Assembly: GCA_021613535.1 (NCBI GenBank)
Contig: CP075492.1
Span: forward strand, 8,184,001 to 8,248,000
Source of the DNA: Adineta vaga
Taxonomy: Eukaryota; Animalia; Rotifera
Direction: 5' to 3'
DNA length: 64,000 nucleotides
The notes below the pieces were generated by a model, which did not search any database, was not told the DNA's origin, and saw only the letters and a list, made by a program, of their open reading frames with translations. Of the stretch, positions 30,482-44,046 are shown one piece after another (the stretch's first letter is position 1; every line of letters begins with the position of its first letter). The translations under genes were made by a program, and so were the position numbers.

Positions 30482-30995
30482 ATGGTTTGTGATGATTGTA
30501 AGTATTACCTTCTGATCTTTTGAAAATGTGAGGATAAACTTTCTTTTAGGTCAGAAAAAAGTGGGCCGTATTGCTACTCAAGATGTTTGGAAAAGTATGT
30601 TGAATCTATTTTCTAACTAATTTTTGTAATTTCTACATTTCAGATGGTTCACGCAATACCGTTGGTAAAGAAATTCATTCTCAGAAAACAATATGTCATT
30701 TCACTCTTCTCTTATAGAAAGTGGTGGTAAAAAACTAAATGAAAATAAATTACTATCAGGAAAATCTTCACGGTATGTGTTTCGATTATTTTATTGACAA
30801 ATTCTTTATTATTATTCTTATTCAAATAGATACAGTCCATATACAACAAAGTTTACAAAATGTAAACTATGTAAATCAACTATTCATCAACCGGGCAGCT
30901 CATATTGTCAAGGTTGTGCTTATAAATTAGGCATATGTGCTATGTGTGGTGTAAAAGTTTTAGAAACAAAAAATTACCGTCAATCTGCTGTTTAA
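30482..30995 (+). CDS. CRIPT: Cysteine-rich PDZ-binding protein (5 small exons)
   Basis: MVCDDCQKKVGRIATQDVWK.GSRNTVESGGKKLNENKLLS...CKLCKSTIHQPGSSYCQGCAYKLGICAMCG...KNYRQSAV. Confidence 0.95.
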
Positions 30996-31063
30996 ATTCG
31001 ATTTTTATTTACTTTTGTAATTATGTAATAATACAAGATCTTTATTATTTTTTCAGATAAATA

Positions 31064-31552
<489 letters not shown>

Positions 31553-31715
31553 TATTTATTTTTCTTTCCGAAAGACATTTTTAGTATTAGTAGTGATAGA
31601 TTCTTTTTTCTTTTCTTTCGTGTTTATAATCAAACATTAAAATAAAAACGTTTGAAAAGAATGTCAATTTATTTGAATGAAATCAAAGAAATATCAAAAT
31701 TGAAAACGTGATAAT

Positions 31716-33961
31716 CTATTTCGGCATCCATCCAATTGGATAACCTTTCGCTAAATTTTCTGCTTTCAACCATTTATATAATGGTTCGAAGAAATCCAAC
31801 ATTGCTTTTGGTTCAAGTTTCTTTTCGCCTGTTAAATGTTCTAAAATTTCTGACCAAGATTTAGATGAACCCATTGCTAACATTTCTTTAAATTGTTGTC
31901 CAACTTCTTTATTTCCATAAATATCGCACATATGTAAATTTTTTGTTATTCCTTTGATTCCACAGAGTGCACGATAGAATTGAAATTGAAGAATATGTGC
32001 AATGAAATATCGTGCATAGGGTACATTCGAAGGAATATGATATTTCGCACCAGCATCGAAATGAATTGCATCACTTCGATGTACAGCTGCCATGATACCA
32101 CCATGTTCAATACGCAACGCCCACCACATAGAATTCAATTCATGATCACGATCTATTTGATTTCGAAAAAGTGCAAAACGATATTTGTCCATCACATAAG
32201 CAAATGGAAGAAAAGCAACTTTTTGTAATGCTAAACGTAAAAGATAATTGATTTCAAATTCTTTATTAACAGCTTTTTCATCCAAAAAACCCAATTTGAT
32301 TAAATGTTTTGGAGAAACTAAAATTTTAGAATAAGATTTCAATCTTCGTTTATACAAGTAAACAGAACTTACTAGCAAACATGCCAATAGTATCTCCAAT
32401 AGCTTCATGAAAGCCTGAATTTGCTCCGTCACGATATGCGAAGGGTTGTTTTTCATCATAAGCCATGAAATATTCTATATGACCCATTTCATGATGAATG
32501 GTATAAAAATAATCTTCATCAATTTCCGTGCAAATTTTAACACGATAATCATCATGATAACCCATATCAGTGGCCGATGCATGACAAACAACACTGCGAT
32601 TTTTAGGTTTTTCAAACATACTACGAGCCCAAAATTTAGGTGTCATGGAATAAAGACCAATAGATGTAAAGAAATCTTCAGCTGTTTTATACATATGGTC
32701 AATAGAATATCGATTTTCATGTAATATTTTTGTGATATTCGGGATGGGAGTCTTCGGATATGGTATAAAATCATCGAAACGTTCATTCCAAGTTTGAGCC
32801 CACATATTACCTAGAAAAAAGTTTTTATACGAGATAAAAATCTAAACGAAAGCATCTACCAAGTAAATGCGCTGGAATAGGTCCACTACAACTGAATTTA
32901 TTTGGATATATAGCACATAGACGACCTCGAACATATGCATGAAGTTGTTCGTATAATGGTGTAATATCTTTGAGAATTTGATCTAACATTTTTTCGAATT
33001 CCGTACTATTACCCATCTCATATTCTTCAATCCATTCTTCCTAAAACAAAAATTCAATCAGATTGATATGAATATTTTCAGTTATTTACTTACAGCCAGA
33101 TCAGCATAACCATTTTCTTTACAATTTTTATTCAATAAATCAATGAATGTTAAATAGACAGGTCGAACTTTCATCCCACAACCATCATGCCATCCTTGCC
33201 ATGCCCATGTTAAACGATCATAATTTTTTTCTGTTTGCATCAATTGTGTTAAATAGGGTTCAATAGTATAACATTGTTTCGTATTTTGTAATTCACAAAC
33301 AGTTGTTGTTCCATAAATGTCTTCTAATTTTGTACTTAAATTCGAGATTTGTTTAACTTCATCATCATTATCACTCATTGTACCTTGTGATAAACGACCA
33401 AAAATACGTTTTAAATCTTCATTTTGAGAATTTTTCATATATTTATTGAATTTTTTTGCAATTGGTAATGTTAGTCGATTGAACGGCGATTGAAGTATAC
33501 GTTGATCACTTAATTTCTTTGCATTTTCCGACGTTATATCTGTTTGATAATTCCACTCAAGAACCGCACCGACCTGCATAGAACATATCGATATCAACGA
33601 ATACAAAGTCAATTACTAAGCTTACTTGTGCATAACGTTGCGCAATACGATAATACCATTCTATCCATCGTGCTGCAGTGGCTTCATCGGCATAACTTTT
33701 AATTTGAGGCATGTTTTTAATCTCCTCATCGTTCAATTGATTCGACAGAAGGATATCAACATGATCATTAGAATCAACTTTTATTTGCGGCTTTTCCGAT
33801 CCCGACAAACTAATTTGCTCTTCAAAGCTGAAATCAATTTTTTCTTGAATATAAGTAATAAAATCATGCCATCTTCGTTCAGAAAAATGAGGCCGTTTTT
33901 TAGTCGATGATACAAATTGAATTGAACAGATCAATAGAAGAAAATAGATAATATTCTTCAT
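31716..33961 (-). CDS. ACE: Single-domain secreted angiotensin-converting enzyme-like peptidase (M2 family)
   Basis: Signal peptide, GPIPAHLLGNMWAQTW, HHEMGH zinc motif, GANSGFHEAIGD, FDAGAKYHIP. No C-terminal transmembrane segment. Confidence 0.93.
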
Positions 33962-34574
33962 TGTATCTAAAAAAGTATCTCCTGCACAACAAAAATATGC
34001 ATAAATATCTCACTTACTATCCGTATATATGATTGTTTTTTTTTGTCTCCTTCACTTTCACTCACCAAATGAGTAGGAGACGAAATGATATATTATAATA
34101 CGACTCAACCAATACGCTGCTAATATGTTACACTAAAAGGTAATCAAGCGTAGTGTTCGCTTTTTTTACTTACTTGAAAATCGAATAATTTTTTTCACCA
34201 TGCTTCAGTCATTCTTATCAGTCGTTTCAAACGATAAAAACACAATCATATTTTTTTTTTCGTATGCCAACACGATTACTATTACTATTTCTTTTTCATT
34301 ATCGATGTATATTGATAAACACATACCAATAGAAAAGAAAACACTCTTTGGATATTCTTTCACTCCTTTCATACATAGACAGAACGGCAATATTATTCAC
34401 ATCAGTCATGAATGCGTTAGTTCTTTAAAAGCAAAATAGCTATTCATGTTCTGTTTAATTATTGTGCGCTAGGTTTATTTAGTTTTTTCAATACACACAC
34501 ATCGACATATAATGAAAAGAAGGAAAAAAATTGTCCATTCAAGAAATCGATTGGGTCATAACGTATTCGTTTGT

Positions 34575-36272
34575 TTATGGCTAAAAGAAAGAGAGAAACA
34601 AACAAATTATTTGTTCTTTTTCAATCAAACAAGGAAAGTTTGGAAAATTTGTGAAAGATAAACATGCGAAAGTGAAAATTCTAAATGATGATTGGAAAAA
34701 ATATACGTACTCAAGAGAATGGATTACGCTACATAAGATTGATTTTGAAGGAAAAGATTTTCGTCTATCTCGAATAGGAATTGATTACTAACCTGTTTTT
34801 CCATTTGCATTTGTTGTATTGTTTTGGGTGCTGTTGAAGGAAAAAAGGATTCTTTGGTTGTTTTAGCTGATGTTCCAGAACTTAAACCTCCCAATACATC
34901 AAAAGTAGCAAATGGACTTGTTGCCGCTGGTGGTGGAGGTGGTGTTGGTGAGATAGGCGATGGAGTCATTAAATTTTGTTGTGGTTGAAGAGGTTGAAAA
35001 GGTATTGTTGAAGGCGTCGATGGTCGTTGTTGTTGTTGTTGCTGTTGTATGAAAGGTGACATATTATTTATTGGATTTGTTTGAGCATAGAAACTGCCAT
35101 ATGGATTCGTGGGTTGTGGTGGTTGTGGGACAGGAGTTGAAAATAAACCCGATAATTCATTTGAATTTGTTGTTGATGTTTGATTTGATACTGGTGTAAA
35201 TGAGATGCCGCCAAGTAAAACCATAGTCTAGATATTAAAAAAAAGTATATACAATTCATGTCGTCAATTGTCTATTATTTTAAAACATCGGACTTATTCG
35301 ATTCAAGTTTTTAGATCTTACATCCACAGACTCTGGTGGTTGTTGTTGAGAGTTGGATGTTGTGGTATTGTTCGTACCTAACCAATCATCGGATTCCAAT
35401 ATTGGTTGAGGTGCTGGAGCTGGAGTGTCTCCCAAAGTAAAAGCATCATCAAAGAGTGATGGCTTAAAATGACAAATGTTTAAGAAAAATCAATCAATAG
35501 AAAATAATACTTACAGGTGCAGCTGAAACTAACTGTGGTACATGCACAGAAGACACTTGTGGTGTTTCCTAAACAAAGAATTATTATTAAGCTCAGTAAA
35601 CGATGCTTTATATTTCTAAATAGCTACTTGTATTAAATTAATAGTTTCCGAAGGTACACTTGGTTTTGTTTCGACTTTTGAAGTATCATCTTTTGCTTTT
35701 TCAGCATTCGTATATTGTTCAAAAGCCAATTCGAAAAGTTCCTTCAATGCTAGCACAGTTGCTGCAGCAGCTCGTTCAGTTTTAATAGCCCAAAATTGAT
35801 GACGATCATCTGATGTATTATAAATATATCCAAATGCTCGAGTATCACGTGGATCGATAACAACAAATGATATACGTTCAATTTCATGGCAAGCAATTTG
35901 TGCCTGATAATATCGGAAAAAAAATCAAATGTTTATGTTTTGTTATCTGAATTCTTTATCACATACTTTAGTTGCTTCATCAAAAATTTTCACAGTATTC
36001 ATCGTTAAATTTAATTGTATTCTTTGTTTATGTTCACCACGAAGACTTACAATAGCTTTTAGTTTTAACATTGAATCAAGACAAATTTTTTCATCACGAT
36101 CAACTGTTAAATCTTCCATTCCAATGAGTTTTGCTTTAAATGGAAGTCCATCACCTTCGAATTTCTTTGTATTGGATCCATTTGCTGTGGCTTTCTTCAC
36201 TTCATCTTCTTTTTTTGTTGCTAGTGGTGTTGTTGGACTTGCTGGTGGTGTAGTAGCTACTGTTTCTGACAT
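34575..36272 (-). CDS. DAB: Disabled-like PTB-domain adaptor (termini approximate)
   Basis: FEGDGLPFKAKLIG...EHKQRI...HEIERISF...DTRAFGY...FWAIKT, followed by a Pro/Ser/Gln-rich tail. Confidence 0.85.
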
Positions 36273-36849
36273 TTTAGTATAATTTGTAATAGATGCTAAA
36301 ACGAATGAAACAAATGAAAAATGCAACACAACTAAAGTTAAATAGATATGATAAGAAGAATTTCATTTGTATGTATGTATATATATATATGTGTTGGTGT
36401 CGTTTTTTTATTCGTCTGAATAACTAAAAGTAAATAGCAACTGAAAGTGCTTAAACATGGGTTTAAAATGAAACAACTCAAAGATAACTTTATTCAATAG
36501 ATAAGTAGATAAATACAAAACGATGTATATTCTCTTTTGTCTTCTCCAAAAGATACAAGGAAGTTTTTTGTTTCTCAACGATTTTAACTAACTGAAATGA
36601 AAACCATAGAGTTTAATTTTTTTTCAATGAGAAAAATTCTTTTTTTTACTTACAAATTGCATTTGTTGAAAAACGCATCTTTCTCTCATTTATTTTAATC
36701 ATCAATTGTATCACTCATCGACATATATGATCTATTGATTAGATAAGATTTCTATTTCACGTTTCAAATTTCTTTATTCGATCAATAATGAATATATACA
36801 TACACAGATATACAATAGATAAAAGAAAAACTTAATACCATGTACATAA

Positions 36850-38031
36850 TTACAGATGCAATGCTTTTGAACGTTTCCATGGATATCCAATTGTTAGAGT
36901 GGCTGTTGTTTGTGTTAATAATGGTATTGACTGATGAATTAATTGATATTGTTCATGAGTAGATGAACTATTTAGATTTGTTGGTGTGTCTGTATCATAG
37001 ATACTAATTGGTTCAAAACAATGATTAAATTTTGTTTTACACTTAATTAAAACACGTTTTAATTCACGTCGAAATTTTGAACCAAAGAAAATATAGATAT
37101 AAAAATTCATTGCAAATGAAATATGATAAATTAAATGAGAATAAGATTCTAATTGTTGAAAGAATTTACTTTTAAATGTTCTTTCATTGGATAATAAACG
37201 ACATGTATGAATGATTGCATATGGTGCACATATAATTAAATAAGATGATGAAACAGTTAGTAATAATTTTGTCATGGAACGTGATGCTTTTCGACGTGTA
37301 AGTTCCCGAACTTTTCTTAATTGAAAATTATTTGTTTGATAAAGTATTTCACCTTGATCATCTCTAATCTGTCGTAAGGAAATTAATATTATTGTATTCA
37401 TTGTTATGATCATTAAATATGGAATAAGAAAAACAATAAAACAATCGATAATATCCATAATTGCGTTTAAATTTCGAAACTTTTCTAACGAATAACAAAA
37501 ACCATTAACAATACCAACAATAAATGGAATATAGGAATAAATTAAACCAGCAACGATAATGATACATAAAGCTAAACAACGAGATCGATACCATGAAAGA
37601 ACATAAGATACACGAAACGGTTGAACAACAGCAAATAAACGTTGAGCAGTAAATGCAACTGTATAATAAGCATTGATAAAATTACAAACATACGTTAAAT
37701 ATAATGTTGATTGACAAATAAATGGACGATGTAAAATATTAATATAATTTGTTAACCATAAACAAAATAAAACTAATAAATACAATGTATCCGATATGGC
37801 CATATAGAATAGAAATGGATAGACAGATATATTCGAAGTAATTGTTGTTCGTAATGCTCGTTGACCAAAAACAATAATGACAAAACCATTTCCAATACAA
37901 CCCGTGACAACTAATAACAATAAATAAATATGTGTAAAGAAAAACTTTACAATATTCAAATAATTTAATGATGGTGTCGTCGTAAGAATATTATTTAACG
38001 AACTAATTGTCGTATTTGTTAATGAAGCCAT
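36850..38031 (-). CDS. Rhodopsin-like peptide-type GPCR with intronless coding region
   Basis: 393-aa ORF with seven hydrophobic segments, GCIGN, MAISD, FTAQRL in place of DRY, CAPY, and NFYIY...KFRREL. Confidence 0.88.
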   Translation of the reverse strand: MASLTNTTISSLNNILTTTPSLNYLNIVKFFFTHIYLLLLVVTGCIGNGFVIIVFGQRALRTTITSNISVYPFLFYMAISDTLYLLVLFCLWLTNYINILHRPFICQSTLYLTYVCNFINAYYTVAFTAQRLFAVVQPFRVSYVLSWYRSRCLALCIIIVAGLIYSYIPFIVGIVNGFCYSLEKFRNLNAIMDIIDCFIVFLIPYLMIITMNTIILISLRQIRDDQGEILYQTNNFQLRKVRELTRRKASRSMTKLLLTVSSSYLIICAPYAIIHTCRLLSNERTFKSKFFQQLESYSHLIYHISFAMNFYIYIFFGSKFRRELKRVLIKCKTKFNHCFEPISIYDTDTPTNLNSSSTHEQYQLIHQSIPLLTQTTATLTIGYPWKRSKALHL

Positions 38032-39405
38032 TTTGTTAATCTAAATAAAAACAAATTCAACAAAATGTACTGATAGATTATTAGAACAATAACACTTGAA
38101 GAAATGTTTCACGAAGAATAAATTAGTGAAGATACTATCTCTCGATATGCACGATGTCGGGAATAATAAAAAGAAAATACTAAACGACGTAAAATAGGAA
38201 AAGAAAAGTCTGGACTAAATAAAACCTGTTGTATCTGTCTCGTTCTCACTAATGTTTTAATGTTAATATAAAAGTATAGCTAATAGAAAAACAAATCAAA
38301 TTTTTGATAATCTACTATCTATCTTTGTATTGATGAAAAGTTAGTGATGGAATATTTCTATGAGAATACTCTTTGTATTTGAAGTCATTTAGAAAATAAG
38401 TCGTGTTTAATGAATAAGAAAATGAGTAGTAAGCTGTGACTTCGACTGATAATAAATATATTTAAGAAAAGTACGGGTTGTCATACATGAACAGTGATGT
38501 ATAATAATATCTCGAAGAGTAAAATCAAGTTGACTCTTAGGAAAGATTTTAAAGGAGAATTTGATAATCAAATCAAATGTAAACCAGAATAAGAAATCTG
38601 TCATTTTTCCGAAGCATATTGTTTTCTATTTTCGAACATTCACCAGAGGTAAGAATTGAAATTCTGGATATAATCAAAAGAACTGTTTGTCGAAGAACTC
38701 TCATTTAATCGGAAGGAAAAGAGGAAGATTAATATAGTGTCAAGCCGAGCTAAATAAATAACAAGAAAATGAACGAATATGAAAAATGCTTTTTTTTTAC
38801 CATCCTTATATAAATCAAAGAAGATAATTTGATATTTATGAGATGAAAGAATGAAGATACGATTCATTCTCTTGAATAATAGTAAAAAGATTTGTCATTG
38901 AATACTTTTCATGTCTTTCATATTTTAGTATCGTCGAAGATCGAATTACTTTATTCTTTTCTAAACTAATAAATTTGAAAAAGAAATAAAAGAAATATGG
39001 TTGGTTAATGGATATTAGTGTTAATAATTAAATTAATTTCAATAATGAAATAAAACTTTTACTTTTATTGATAGAAATGTCATTATTAGGTGACCCAGAG
39101 TCATCTCAAATCCACACATTTCACTTACTGTAGTTATAGGAATAAAATGTCATTTGGAAACTCGTGAATATTTCTAAGAAGCAAAGAGGATACTGTTGAA
39201 TGAACTCTTTACAACAAATTGTTCTTTTATCACTTGGTTTTTTTCCACATATTTTCATCATTTTATTGAAATACTGGTTATTTTACCCTTCAGGCGATAT
39301 AAAGTCAATAGATCTAACCGATTTTATTTTTCTACATTAAAAAAAATCAACTAAGAAATTACAAAAAACAAAAGCAAAGTGATAATCATTGAATATTCTA
39401 AAATT

Positions 39406-41699
39406 TTACTTCTTCTTTTTCTCGCCAAAACTTTCAGCAATTTGTAAAGTTATCTTGTGCCAAGAATTATTCATTACACCACGAATATTCCATATTCCCA
39501 TGGGCGTATCAGGTTGAGAATTCGTATGTATATCCATAGCACGACAAACAATATCGAACGGCTCAGAAGGTAAATCTTTTAATGGAATGTGTGAAGACCA
39601 CAATGTCCATGCCCATGCACGCATATATGGTTGAGTAAGTTGTTCCAATTCTGTTTGTATCCATGTTTTTCTAAATGGGAAGTGAAGATAAGTACTCAAT
39701 CAATAATTTCCTTTTATGGAAAATTTATTGAGGATTTGCTGTTTAAAGATTAAAATGTACTTCATTAAAAGTTTGTTTCAAAAATAATTAAGTATCATAC
39801 GTTATTCAGAGTTTTTTTTTAACTTGAGGAAATACACGCAAAAAGCATTGACACCAAGAGATGATTTTATACAAAGTTCTCAAAATAATAAGTTGTGCAA
39901 ATTCTCTTCCAGCGATGATATTCATACTTTATTAACGTCATTGAATTTAGTACGTAAAAATAAGCTATATGTACTTAATACATTAATTATATCTTTTTAT
40001 GAAATGCCTTAAGTACTAATTTTAAAAGTGTCTTTGTCAATAAGCTAGCTATTATCTTCAGAGTTCGCTCTATAGTCAAGAATGAATAGCAAATTAATTT
40101 ACCCATGATCAAAGCTAAGCTGTACATTTTGTATCTGTCTTCCACCCCCACTAACAGCATAACCTTTAATTGTTAATTTTTGATTTTTTATATCATCACT
40201 ATTCGGTTTAACCGAGAGAATTTTCACTTTATTTCCATCTTCATTTGAGGACGGATAACAAATAGCAGATTGAACATTGGACTCTTGTACTGATGGTACA
40301 CGATCATAATCAACTTGTTGCGGTTGTTTAATTGATGGTGGAAGTACTTTATAATCAGCCTTTTGCCAATGACTATCCGATTCTTTACTAGAAACAACAA
40401 TTCGATTGACCCATTTTACACTTCGAGCCCCAACTGTACCCGGTACAAGTATACGTAACGGGTATCCATGATCACTTGATAAAGTTTCATCATTCATTTG
40501 ATAGGCAATTAAAACATCATCACTAAGTGCTTTTTCTAATGGAATCGATGCTCCATAACATCTTAATATATAAGAAAAAATATTTTCAAAAAACAAAATG
40601 AAAGCATTTTACCGTTGTGATGTATCACAATCAAGACCAAAAAATTGCACATGTGTTCCTTCTTTCGCTAAATCAAATGATTCCAAAACATCACGTAATT
40701 TCACACCTGTCCATCGTGCATTTCCAATAGCACCTACATACCATGCTGTACCTTGTACTGAACCTTGTTGATCATTATTCATTGCTGCACGACGATTTCC
40801 TGCACATTGTAAGGCAGATGTAACTGTATGAGATTGATATTTTTCTTTTAATTCATCATAGGAAAGTGTATACGTTGATGTTTGATCTCCAATTTCAAGT
40901 TTATAATCATTGATATTAACGAATGGTACATGCATATGATTTCGAACATAGAATTTATCAACTGGTGTAAGAAATGATGAAACAAGAACTGCAGGTTTTG
41001 TTTCCGCATTGAATGGTTTTTCCGAACGAATAAAAAAGTTTTCTTTTGCATTAATTCGTTCCGGATCATATTGAAATAGATCAAGAACTTCTTCTTGTGA
41101 TTTTTCGTTTGCTTCTCGTTCACCTAGAAAAAGAAGAATTCCGTCGTTTATTTTTTCTATTCGTCTTATACCTGGCGGAAGATTTCCTATTCGATATTCT
41201 TCTAAGATTTCATAAACATGATCAATTTGATGAATAGTAAATATTTTCCAACAAGCTTCTAAAGCTTTACCAGCTGTTTTCAAAATTTGTTTTCCACCTG
41301 GATGATTTTCAACAAATGGACTTACATCGTAAACTCCATCTTTATAAGCAAGCCAATAGCCTGAAAAAAAATAAATTTAAAAATCTTCATTTTTAAAAAA
41401 ACTTATTTTTGCATAAAACCTTTCTCTTGTGTAGTATGTTTTGCCACTTCAGTCATGCTATAAGTTGGCAAAGCTGGTTTTCGTTCACCAATACTAATCG
41501 ACGTTTTTGTATCCGCATGGACAATAGGATTATATTTAGAAAAAAGATAACCTTGTAAAAAGCAAATGGCATAGTTAAATATCGTTATTATTGAGAGAAA
41601 ACGATTGATTTTACCTGCAATTAAACCACTGGTTAAACCAACGGTAAGAAGAGACGATTTTGATTTTTGACGAAAAATAGATGTAAATCTTGATCTCAT
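39406..41699 (-). CDS. SUOX: Sulfite oxidase, mitochondrial
   Basis: Cytochrome b5 domain (GVYDVSPFVENHPGG), FYVRNH, LQCAGNRR, DHGYPLR, GARSVKW, KGYAVSGGGR, WAWTLW, IWNIRGVMNNSWH. Confidence 0.96.
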
Positions 41700-41940
41700 A
41701 TTGTTTGCATTAATTAAGGTCTAAATTTTACTCATTTAACATTCTTAACACCATCTTTGACATTTTAAATGATTGATCGAATACATCAACCAATAGAATA
41801 TTGTTTTGCTTTCCATCCATCCATCCATCTATCTACAACTGCAATCAATCGAATCATATCGTATGGTGTGATATGTTCTCTTTCACCGTCCATGTTAAAT
41901 TCTATTTAAATAACTAGTGAATGTTTTTTGAAGTTCATCA

Positions 41941-43193
41941 ATGAGTTTAACAGGAGTTGTTTCAGAAACACCAAATGTTTTCTTATCTCCCGAACGACTT
42001 CTTCTTGAAGTACCTCAAGGTTTACATAATTCTATGGCCATTGCATGGTTAATTGTTTGGTATGTTTCATCTGCGACAACACTCTTTTCCAATAAATATA
42101 TTCTAAGTACATTCAATGGCGATGCTTTTTCCTTAGGTATGAAATCAAAGAGTTGTTATTTCTTCTTGAATATAATTCGATGTTTATTTATTTATTTATT
42201 TATTTATTTCTTCTGTTGTTCAGGAACGAATCAACTTCTTCTCTCTGTTATAACAGGCTATATGCAAATACAAATTATCAATCGAATCTCAGCACAAATA
42301 CATAAAAATCCGTCAACAATTAAAACAATTTTTCAAGATATGATTTTAATTGGTGCATTTCGTTGTGTCACTGTTATTCTAGGTTTAGTCGCACTTAAAT
42401 ATATTGCTGTTTCATTTGTTGCAACAATCAAATCTTCTTCACCTTTATTTACTGTTATTATTAGTCGAATTATATTAGGAGAGAAAACAGGTATTTGGAC
42501 AAAATTTTCCATGGTACCAATTACAATTGGCCTTGGTCTATGTAGTTCATTTGAATTGAGTTTTAATGTATTTGGATTTTTCTGTGCCTTGGGAACAAAT
42601 ATATCCGAATGGTAAGTAATTCAAAACTTAGAAATAATACGAATTTCTTTTCTTTTCTTTTCTTTTAGCTTACAAAATGTGTATTCGAAAATTTTAATCA
42701 GTGGTGAACGTTATCGTTATACAGCTGTTGAATTACAATTTTGGGTCAGTTTAGTTGCCTTTGTTTTTCAACTGCCTTTACTTTATTATAATGTGCATAT
42801 CCTGTCCGCAATACGTTCAACATCGCCTTCTCTCTTTCTTTTATATGTCTTTAATGGAATTTCATATCATATTCAATCCGTAGCAGCCTATGCTGTTATG
42901 GCATATATATCTCCAATAACACATAGGTAAAATTTAGATACGAATGATTATCAATTGAATTTTTAAATCCATTTTCTCTTAGTGTGGCTAATACTGTTAA
43001 ACGAGCATTACTTATTTGGTTATCCGTTCTGATATTTCACAATCCAGTGACATTTCTAAGTGGTTTTGGTACATTAACAGTTATATTTGGTGTTATATTA
43101 TATAATGAAGCACGTGATATGGAGAAAAAAACGGGAAATTCTACAAATTCAGTAAACAATAACAGTCCAATGATAACATGGAGAGATGTTTAA
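41941..43193 (+). CDS. SLC35E2: Solute carrier family 35 member E2-like transporter
   Basis: NKYIL, VALKYIAVSFVATIKSSSPLFTV, SPITHSVANTVKRALLIWLSVL. Head-to-head with SUOX across 241 nt. Confidence 0.88.
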
Positions 43194-44046
43194 GCAATAA
43201 AAAAGAAAAAAAAATCAGTCTTAACCTTTGTGATATTTACTAATGCAGATTTTATTTCTTCAATCGAAAATCAATTGAACAAAATTTCTAGCAGATACAA
43301 ATCGTGACATTGTCGTTTTCTTTTTATTTATTTATTAGGAATTTTTCTTTGCTTTTGTTATTTCAAGAAAATGTTTGTTTTTCATTTCATGCAATATGAT
43401 GGTATTAATACAATATAAAAAAAATTATCTGCTACGCTTAACTACATTCATCAAAGACTTCTTCTTCTTCTTCGCTAGACTAACTTAAGAAAGTTTATAA
43501 AGATGATGAAAACTTTTCATCATCGTTTGGATTGATTGCTTTCAAAATAGAAAGTTCACTTTAGAATTTGAGCTGTTTTGCTTTTGCTATTAAATGAAAA
43601 CAATTATTGAATGTACGTTGTACATATTTTAAATTCATGAATCATCGTCTGCTATATTGAACGAAATGAATATATCTGATAAAATATATTTCACAATCAA
43701 ATGAAACTGCCACGTCTTCTTATTTGCACAATCTTATTGTAACAATTTATGTCAATCGGCCCTTTCTTGCGTTCTTCTCTAATTCACTCTCTTACAACCC
43801 TTTACATTTTTCCTGTCCTTATTTACGGCGTGAATCAACCTTACTCTACTGTTATTGTCGATTAGTCTTGCAATGTATGTCGTAAGTTGAGATGCATGTC
43901 ATTTCACAATCAACTGAAAACGAGAGGTTTTTTCATAAATTAACCCCTCTATGTTTTATTTTTTTGTATAAACGAACAATCGCATACATAAAAGGAGATA
44001 TTTTTATTGCAGATTTTTGTCGTTTTTTGAGAAGCAAAAGAAAACT

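Noticed and set aside
39672-40118. Long SUOX intron as a MITE or snoRNA host
   Set aside because: Only weak, gapped AT-rich inverted similarity (about 39750-39806 versus 39956-40025) and no H/ACA or C/D layout.
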